Below, piece by piece: positions 1 through 6,081 of a stretch of DNA of 35,643 bases. The notes beneath the pieces are model-generated. The model did no database searches, was not told where the DNA came from, and saw only the letters and a list, made by a program, of their open reading frames with translations. Position 1 is the stretch's first letter; every line of letters begins with the position of its first letter. The stretch is from a virus. Lineage: Duplodnaviria; Caudoviricetes. A program made the translations under genes and the position numbers. The stretch lies in the IMG/VR virus record IMGVR_UViG_3300011339_000249, positions 1-35,643 of that record; one strand, written 5' to 3'.

Positions 1-394
1 TGACCATGCCGTTGAAGATTTCTGCGACTTCAATGTCTGCGTGGTCATCGGCTGGAATAACTTTGCCACTTGGGCGGTTTTGCCTTTGGTCATTGGTTAC
101 TTGTCTGACGTGCTGGGGTAACTTATTGATCGTCAGGCACGGTCTGGCGTTGATTGTCTGACCCTGCACAGCGCCACGGGTAGCCAACACATCCGCTGGC
201 CATTGCCAGCGATTGTCGGGTGATCCAGCGTAGAACTTCAGGTCATCAATCTCATCTTGACGAGACTCAGACAGCGCGCCGATGGCCATGTCCAAACGCG
301 AGCGAGCAGTCGCCAAGACATTGGATTCTGAGCCTTTTTGCTTGCCGCCGTTGGCCACAGCACCGGCTGCGGCTATGCCTGTGTAATCTGCCAT
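1..394 (-). CDS. Portal protein (P22 gp1-like), N-terminal part, truncated by window start
   Basis: Not in ORF track. Manual translation from ATG at 394: MADYTGIAAAGAVANGG...DDLKFYAGSPDNRWQWP...RPCLTINKLPQHVRQVTNDQRQNRP..., open to base 1. The QW and RPCLTIN motifs are typical of P22-type portals; it lies downstream of terL. Confidence 0.9.
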   Translation of the reverse strand, partial: MADYTGIAAAGAVANGGKQKGSESNVLATARSRLDMAIGALSESRQDEIDDLKFYAGSPDNRWQWPADVLATRGAVQGQTINARPCLTINKLPQHVRQVTNDQRQNRPSGKVIPADDHADIEVAEIFNGMV

Positions 395-546
395 TATTTT
401 TTCTTCGCAGTTTTAGCCGAGTCTTTAAAATCTTTGGCCGTTGGCGCATTCTTGCTGCCAGGCTTGTTCATCTTCTCTTTAGAGCCAGCTGCAATACGGG
501 CTTGCTTGGCGTGAATGTTTGCATAGAGTCCAGGTTTAGTAGCCAT
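394..546 (-). CDS. Small basic hypothetical protein (50 aa)
   Basis: Manual translation MATKPGLYANIHAKQARIAAGSKEKMNKPGSKNAPTAKDFKDSAKTAKKK; its stop overlaps the portal start (TAATG). Confidence 0.8.
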   Translation of the reverse strand: MATKPGLYANIHAKQARIAAGSKEKMNKPGSKNAPTAKDFKDSAKTAKKK

Positions 547-548
547 GA

Positions 549-803
549 TCAACACTTCCATCTTTTAAGGGCTGCTTTGGCTCGCTCGCCGTCTTTGGCG
601 TGTGCCGCTACAGCGCCCATTCTTGCACAAAATGAAGCCTTGCGGCCTTCGTCTGCCTTGGTCTTTGGGTTGGGTGCTGGTGGTTTAAGGTTGGAGCCTG
701 TCTCTCGGTTGTACTTTTCGCGGCCTTTGGCCGTCAAGCCTGCACCTTTGGAAACGGGTAGTTTCTCACCTCGGCCAACGCTAAGAGATACGTTTTTTTT
801 CAT
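549..803 (-). CDS. Small basic conserved phage protein (SFCARM motif, DUF6321-like)
   Basis: MKKNVSLSVGRGEK...RKASFCARM...ALKRWKC; start reassigned to 803, giving an ATGA overlap with the terL stop. Confidence 0.75.
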   Translation of the reverse strand: MKKNVSLSVGRGEKLPVSKGAGLTAKGREKYNRETGSNLKPPAPNPKTKADEGRKASFCARMGAVAAHAKDGERAKAALKRWKC

Positions 804-2323
804 GCGCCCATCCAACCAGTTACCGCAGTGCCCTGCGCGTTAAAACGTGTGTGCGCTGGTTCTTTGTATTCTCTGTGCGCCACAGGAAAAGCAAACGTCA
901 CTGCAAGCGCATCAGCTGCATCTGGTGAAGCTAAACCTCTTGCTCGCATTTCTTTTTTGCCTTCCAAAAATATAGTGCCCGAAGAATTTGGTTTCTTTGT
1001 TGGGCCAGTAAAATCAGCTTTCAGTTGCCGATCTGTGGGAATACTAGCAGATTTCAGCCAGTTACGCATGTCATTCCACATCTCTGCTCGCTTATTTCCA
1101 AATGCTTGCGAGTGCTTGGCCTTATTCCCGAAATTCACACCCCGGACCTTGTACCTTTGCTCTGTCAGCCGGTCAAGAATGCCATACCCAAGGCCACCCT
1201 CATCGATGACGGTAAGCGTTGGTTTGTATTCCTCAATCGCATCAATCACCCGACCAACAATCTCCATCGTGTCCTCGCCCTTGTACCTCTTGATGGCCAC
1301 AATGTCCCGTCCTTGTCTCACCACAATCACAGTCGAATCTGCGCCACCGCGGGCTGGATCAACTCCCAAAATTATCGGTGCCGTCAAATCCTTGTAACGC
1401 GGGCGCTTGGCAGCGTCATCCACAATCACCGGGCTGATAAATTGATCTTCACCAGCTGAAGGAAACTCACCATACACCTCGACCTTGGCTTGGGCTGAGT
1501 CCTCGCCATATTCGGCAATGATCTGCTCATAAACCGACTTATCGGTGTCTTCCACCGTCCTAGCATCCACAATTTTGGACGTCCAAAAGTTGCGTTTGGC
1601 GTGAAAACACTCAAAAAAGTAGCCTTCATTGCGCCGCGGGTTAGAAAATGCAAACCAGTACCTGTCCGGCGTGTTTTCTGTAAAGAATCCAGCTCCAACT
1701 TCCCAAATCGGGTTAGGGATACCGCTAGATTCATCAAAAATCAACATCATGCCGTCTTGGTTGTGCACACCAGCGTAAGAATCGGGGTTTTCAGCACTCC
1801 AAAGCTTGCCTTCGCAGGCCCAATAACGGGTGCCTTTACGCAAATCGCGCTCTACCAGCTCGGTCAGCCATTGCGCCGGCACCAGTTTGGTGGCTGAAAT
1901 CTCCCACCAGTGCGAGTTAATAAGCATGGCTGCCCATTTGGTCAATTCTGCCCAGGTAACTGAGCGCAGCTGGTTCTCGCTGTTGGCGCTGACCACTACT
2001 GAGCCACCAATGCGAGTCGTTAGCATCCAAAGTATCAGCCAAGATACCAAGGCTGATTTGCCAATGCCTCGACCAGAAGATACAGCCATGCGGATGGTGT
2101 CATAATCAATCAAACCCTTTTGCTTCTTGATGTGCGCGGTTATATCCCTCAACACTTCTCGTTGCCATTTGCGCGGTCCACTAAACTTCTCCAGCGGCGT
2201 ATTCTTTTGACCCCAAGGAAAAGCAAACAGCACAAAAGCTTCAGGGTCATCAGCAATGGCCGGTGACCAAAGCTCCACCATCAGCTTTTGTTCTTCTTCA
2301 GACTTGTAGATCGTTGTTTGCAT
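800..2323 (-). CDS. terL: Terminase large subunit
   Basis: Walker A SGRGIGKS, Walker B LIFDES, coupling motif FSNP, RNase H-like nuclease motifs LGVDPARGGAD and SPDAADALA. Confidence 0.95.
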   Translation of the reverse strand: MQTTIYKSEEEQKLMVELWSPAIADDPEAFVLFAFPWGQKNTPLEKFSGPRKWQREVLRDITAHIKKQKGLIDYDTIRMAVSSGRGIGKSALVSWLILWMLTTRIGGSVVVSANSENQLRSVTWAELTKWAAMLINSHWWEISATKLVPAQWLTELVERDLRKGTRYWACEGKLWSAENPDSYAGVHNQDGMMLIFDESSGIPNPIWEVGAGFFTENTPDRYWFAFSNPRRNEGYFFECFHAKRNFWTSKIVDARTVEDTDKSVYEQIIAEYGEDSAQAKVEVYGEFPSAGEDQFISPVIVDDAAKRPRYKDLTAPIILGVDPARGGADSTVIVVRQGRDIVAIKRYKGEDTMEIVGRVIDAIEEYKPTLTVIDEGGLGYGILDRLTEQRYKVRGVNFGNKAKHSQAFGNKRAEMWNDMRNWLKSASIPTDRQLKADFTGPTKKPNSSGTIFLEGKKEMRARGLASPDAADALAVTFAFPVAHREYKEPAHTRFNAQGTAVTGWMGA

Positions 2324-2326
2324 TGA

Positions 2327-4375
2327 TTAAGGTGCAGCCAGGTAATTGGCTGGCTGCTCTGGTGCTGGTTGTGGTGCCAACATGTTTTTTGCAGCCATCG
2401 CTCCACCAGCAAGACCTGCAGTGCCAAGCATTGCAGCGGGAGTGGCGGCACCATAGTAAAGCTCTCGCCAATCACCTTCTTTCATCACCGGCTTGGTGCC
2501 GGTGTACCCTGCCTGCTTATGCGCGGCCAGCGCGTCGCGCATTTCTTGCCATGACTGCTTGGGCAACAACCTGTAGTCCGGATGGGCAAACTCATGGGGC
2601 TCCAACCTCTGGCGATAAACATCCCATTTGCGCCACTGTTCAGGAAACAACTCAATCGCTGGGTTTGCGCCCCTAGACTCATCAACGTAGTCAACCACTC
2701 TTTTGTAAAACGGGTTGAAGTCTTGCAGCTGCTTAGGCTCAAACGCCAATTTTTCAGGCGTGGCCACTCCAGGTATTTCATTCAATTCGCCAGTTTTGGT
2801 GCGATACATTTTCGACAATGATGATCCACCAATCACGTCAATGGCAGCCTTTTCAACCTTCTTGGTCGGCACTCCCAAAATAGCTTCTTTAGTTGGCTCA
2901 ACTCCCAACTTGCCAGCCATGCGAGTTCTAAATGCTTCCCCCACAATTGGATCGTCCAACATCCTCTCATACGAGTGCCGGATCATGTGCAAATCAACAG
3001 CCGACGTGTTTGCACGGTTTAAGTCCAACCAAGGCGTACCCAACGATGCAGTCTTTGGACCCAAGCCCGGCACCTGGTTCATTACCCTCAACGTCACATC
3101 CCTCATAGTCTCCCCAGGCGCAATCTGAAACATCTCAGGCTTGTCCAAAATCAATTTGGCCAACATCGCCTGATTCTTCAAATCTGCCGTGCCCAGCACT
3201 CCCATGCCACCGCGGCCAGCTGCCTGCACTCCCGTCTGCCCCTGCGCCGTGACAGACAAACCAGGCTCGCCAACCCTACCGGCCAGCGCCTTCAACTCAT
3301 CCATATTCGTCAACCTCAACCGCTGCGCCAAAAACTCATTGGGCGTCAACGGCGCATTAGGCGACAACTGGGCAAAACTCAACCGGTTAAACATGTCCAC
3401 CTGATCCGGATTGGCCACCTCATGCGTCCTGATCAACTTCTGCATCAGCTTGTCATGCACGTCCTTTGGCAGCGCCGCGGGATCAATATTGTTGGCCTTC
3501 ATCCAGAACATGTCCGGCACCGTAAACTTGCCCTCCAAACCACCAGGTATCTTGATCTCTCTCTTGCTGGTCAAGTCAGTAATGCCAAGCGACTTGGGCT
3601 CGGTCACCGTCATATTCACGCCGTGCTTCTCGCCCCAAGCTTTCCACTCAGCCTCACTCGCCTTGGCCCCTGGCGTCGTTGGCGCCTCACCCTTCATCCT
3701 TGTGCGCGTAGACAACGCATCATCAATCACCGACTTAGGCACATACCCGTTAATCTTAAAAGCCGGATTGTTCAATATTGATTTCGCTATATCTGGGTTG
3801 CCCTTCAATAACTTTTTCACCTCAGACCTCGGCACCGCGCTACCTGTGACTTCACCAGTAAAAGCCAAGTCGGCCAGCTCTTTATCCTTGCTGCTTAATT
3901 TTTGATATTGCTCTGCAATGTTCTGAAATTTTTGCAAATCAGTTGGCGGCCTTGCTGCGCCAGGCTGAACCGCAAAAGAAGGCTGCGGTGTAATTCCCCT
4001 TAACGGGCCTTCGTTAAACATTCCGCGCTCAATTTGCAGCAAAGCCTCTTTGCTTAAAAACTTTGCAGCAGGACCAAGAACTGTACGCAATGCCTGCATA
4101 CCAGGCCCAACCAAAGTAGCCATACCAGTGGCATACCCCTGCTCACCTCGACCAATAATATTTTGATAGTTTGGGTTCATTACGCTAAACCCCATCTGAT
4201 CAGGGCGCTCACCCAACATGCCACTGACAAAAGCATATGTCTGCGGATCAGGCAACATATTCACGTTTCTTTGCTGCGCTAATGCTCTTGCCTTTGCCCC
4301 TTGACGCTGAATATTCGGGTTGACAAACCCAACAAATTGATTTGCATCGTCAGGCGCCAGTTTATTTTTGGCCAT
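2327..4375 (-). CDS. 682-aa protein with an HhH-GPD superfamily DNA glycosylase-like domain; possibly virion-packaged
   Basis: FNRLSFAQLSPN, VPGLGPKTAS (HhH, Lys441) and AVDLHMIR (Asp461); low-complexity Ala/Gly/Pro/Gln ends resemble ejection proteins. Confidence 0.65.
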   Translation of the reverse strand: MAKNKLAPDDANQFVGFVNPNIQRQGAKARALAQQRNVNMLPDPQTYAFVSGMLGERPDQMGFSVMNPNYQNIIGRGEQGYATGMATLVGPGMQALRTVLGPAAKFLSKEALLQIERGMFNEGPLRGITPQPSFAVQPGAARPPTDLQKFQNIAEQYQKLSSKDKELADLAFTGEVTGSAVPRSEVKKLLKGNPDIAKSILNNPAFKINGYVPKSVIDDALSTRTRMKGEAPTTPGAKASEAEWKAWGEKHGVNMTVTEPKSLGITDLTSKREIKIPGGLEGKFTVPDMFWMKANNIDPAALPKDVHDKLMQKLIRTHEVANPDQVDMFNRLSFAQLSPNAPLTPNEFLAQRLRLTNMDELKALAGRVGEPGLSVTAQGQTGVQAAGRGGMGVLGTADLKNQAMLAKLILDKPEMFQIAPGETMRDVTLRVMNQVPGLGPKTASLGTPWLDLNRANTSAVDLHMIRHSYERMLDDPIVGEAFRTRMAGKLGVEPTKEAILGVPTKKVEKAAIDVIGGSSLSKMYRTKTGELNEIPGVATPEKLAFEPKQLQDFNPFYKRVVDYVDESRGANPAIELFPEQWRKWDVYRQRLEPHEFAHPDYRLLPKQSWQEMRDALAAHKQAGYTGTKPVMKEGDWRELYYGAATPAAMLGTAGLAGGAMAAKNMLAPQPAPEQPANYLAAP

Positions 4376-4396
4376 AAAAACCCCCGTTTTGATGGG

Positions 4397-4408
4397 CTGA
4401 ATATACCA
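4397..4408 (-). promoter_or_regulatory. Putative extended -10 promoter for the 682-aa gene and terL
   Basis: Minus strand TG-G-TATATT (hexamer 4405-4400), about 25 nt upstream of the ATG at 4375. Confidence 0.5.
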
Positions 4409-4483
4409 AATAAAAGCTGGCGCAGGGAGTTCTAGAAATACAAAGTTAAGGAGCTATGGTCAATCCAGTTGCTATGCGCCAGC
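4408..4483 (-). ncRNA. Candidate small RNA with paired ends and an anti-SD loop
   Basis: Perfect 9-bp inverted repeat GCTGGCGCA (4416-4424) / TGCGCCAGC (4475-4483). A -10-like TACATT (4495-4490) ends 7 nt before the stem, a U-rich tail follows it, and the loop contains CUCCUUAA. Confidence 0.4.
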
Positions 4484-4644
4484 AATTGAAATGTACATTA
4501 AAAAAATAAAAAATTGTGTGCGGGGGCACCCGTTCTTGCGCCCTTTTGCGCCGGACCCTCCCCCCCCCCCATCGGGCCAGCGGGCGAGCTGGCCACCGGC
4601 GCTAGACACGCGGCGGCTGGTCATAAGCCAGCGCAAGCAGTAAG

Positions 4645-4748
4645 TTATCCACAGGCTGAGTGCATAATCAGGCCAAGGTTAGACACATTGCCCTGTGGAC
4701 AACTACATTCTGCACAATTAGTAGGCAGAAACGCATGAGTTATCCACA
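4645..4748. promoter_or_regulatory. DnaA-box cluster
   Basis: Perfect TTATCCACA at 4645-4653 and 4740-4748. Near matches: TTATGCACT (rc 4659-4667), TTGTCCACA (rc 4694-4702), TTCTGCACA (4708-4716). Confidence 0.7.
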
Positions 4749-4752
4749 ATTG

Positions 4753-4780
4753 ACTTAACATAATGGACATCGTGTTAAAT
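4753..4780. other. dif-like XerC/XerD recombination site (11-6-11)
   Basis: ACTTAACATAA-TGGACA-TCGTGTTAAAT. The reverse complement ends in TTATGTTAAGT, one mismatch from the E. coli XerD arm TTATGTTAAAT. Confidence 0.65.
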
Positions 4781-4813
4781 GGATATTGTCAGCATTCTGT
4801 AAGTATGTATATG

Positions 4814-4826
4814 AATCAACAGGTTA
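4814..4826 (+). promoter_or_regulatory. IHF binding site
   Basis: AATCAACAGGTTA matches WATCAANNNNTTR exactly, with an AT-rich upstream flank. Confidence 0.6.
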
Positions 4827-4847
4827 GCGTCAAAAGATATGCACATG

Positions 4848-5321
4848 CTACTTTGGCTCTACGTCGGTAATATCGTCCACCTTGGCCATACCGATTTGCA
4901 CCCTAGCTTGCGCCTGCTCCAGCGCCTGAATAACGCTGATCCGGTTGTCGCTGACGCTGACATCAAGCCGGTCACCATATGTCCGTGGCTTAAGCTTGCT
5001 AGCCACCCACTTGCGCGCATCGACCTGCAAGCGCTTCTGGTTCACCCATGCGCTGACTGCAACGCCTTCTAAATGGTCAGGGATGGGCTGATCTGCCAGT
5101 TCGACAATTTCCTCTGCCAAGCGGTCTGCTCGCTGCTCTACGGCCTTGTGATAGGCCTCCTTAAGCCTTTCATCAGCCTGAAGCATTCGCCAAGCGTGAA
5201 CGTAACTTGGCATACCCGGCTCGCGCAAAGCGCCAGATAAGCTGGCACCGCTGCTGATCTTGTCTAGGATGCCAGGCCAGATGTCCGCGGTGTATTCGAT
5301 TGGTCGTCCCATTTGCCCCAT
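4848..5321 (-). CDS. terS: Terminase small subunit (Sf6 gp1-like)
   Basis: N-terminal GRP plus HTH (GASLSGALREPGMPSY) and the RLQVDARKWVASKLKPRTYGD motif. Confidence 0.85.
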   Translation of the reverse strand: MGQMGRPIEYTADIWPGILDKISSGASLSGALREPGMPSYVHAWRMLQADERLKEAYHKAVEQRADRLAEEIVELADQPIPDHLEGVAVSAWVNQKRLQVDARKWVASKLKPRTYGDRLDVSVSDNRISVIQALEQAQARVQIGMAKVDDITDVEPK

Positions 5322-5445
5322 TTTTTGCCCTTTTAGATAAAACCTATCGGCACCAAATTGTCGATAGTCAAAACCTCACGCGTATTTATTTCAAATGTTT
5401 TGCGATCGCGAATCGCCCGGCCCGACATTTCTCATCTTCGCCTCC

Positions 5446-5481
5446 AAAAAAACGGGGTACTCACGACAACCGCTTTCCCCC
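5446..5481 (-). terminator. Intrinsic terminator with an internal loop-E/sarcin-ricin-type motif
   Basis: Minus strand GGGG-GAA-A-GCGG-UUG-UCGU-G-AGUA-CCCC followed by G-U7; lies between the resolvase and terS. Confidence 0.55.
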
Positions 5482-5511
5482 TAAAGCTGGCGGCAACTGA
5501 TACCAGCGCCG

Positions 5512-5850
5512 TCATGCTATCACCTCAATTTCGACCGCGTAGACTTTGGGGCCATCTTTGCGCTGCCTGTACTGCCAGTCGAGTTGTTGATGGCCATCAT
5601 CGACGCCAAGCCAATCGGCAACGCCATCCCGCACTGCTTTGAAGGCTGACTGTAGGTTGTCACCGTCTAATGCTCGCGGTGCAACTCTGGTCAACACCAG
5701 TGTGCATGGTGGAGCTGGTGGTGCGGCAACAGACGCCAAGGCGCTGAACGCTTTTGACCGGTGACTTTTGGCCAATTTTGCCTTCACAGCCCAATGCAAC
5801 CTTAAGTTCGCAACCGACACAATCTTCACTGGCATCCTAATTTCAATCAT
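5512..5850 (-). CDS. RusA-like Holliday junction resolvase/endonuclease
   Basis: Likely start MIEIRMP at 5850 (the longer ORF reads through the ori repeats); RusA-type acidic motif LDGDNLQSAFKAVRDG...GVDD. Confidence 0.75.
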   Translation of the reverse strand: MIEIRMPVKIVSVANLRLHWAVKAKLAKSHRSKAFSALASVAAPPAPPCTLVLTRVAPRALDGDNLQSAFKAVRDGVADWLGVDDGHQQLDWQYRQRKDGPKVYAVEIEVIA

Positions 5851-5879
5851 TTCCTGTTCCTTTTCCCGTCTTTCCCATT

Positions 5880-6081
5880 TCCCGATCCTTCCGATCCCAT
5901 CCGGCCCATCCGCCATCCGATCCTTCCTGTGTCTATAGACACAGGAGGAAGGATTCGGATGATTGGCGGGGTGGGAACCCGGATGACTTCGGATGACTTC
6001 GGATGATTCGGATGATAATTCGGATGCATCCTTACTCATCCGATTCGGATGACTTCGGATGACTTCGGATGGTCTGGATGA
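5880..6081. repeat. Putative replication origin: 22-bp palindrome flanked by inverted iterons
   Basis: Perfect palindrome TCCTGTGTCTATAGACACAGGA (5925-5946). Many (T)CGGATG(AC) repeats lie on the right and (C)ATCCG/CCGATCC repeats on the left, directly downstream of the primase-helicase. Confidence 0.75.

Noticed and set aside
220-3905. Long plus-strand ORFs antisense to terL and the 682-aa gene (similar ones occur at 20633-22414 and 30047-30706)
   Set aside because: Shadow ORFs of well-supported genes on the opposite strand, with no RBS or recognisable motifs.
4556-4563. KOPS motif GGGGAGGG (minus strand) near the dif-like site
   Set aside because: It is part of a homopolymer run, points away from the adjacent dif-like site, and a few such 8-mers are expected by chance (another is at 8412-8419).
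4514-4738. 74-aa ORF across the DnaA-box region
   Set aside because: Non-ATG start, crosses a C11 run, no RBS, opposite to local transcription; the region is better explained as cis-acting sites.
5975-6081. Short tandem repeats as a CRISPR array, given the Cas4-like gene
   Set aside because: Repeats are 6-9 bp without unique spacers. Stand-alone Cas4-like nucleases are ordinary parts of phage recombination modules, and no other cas genes are present.
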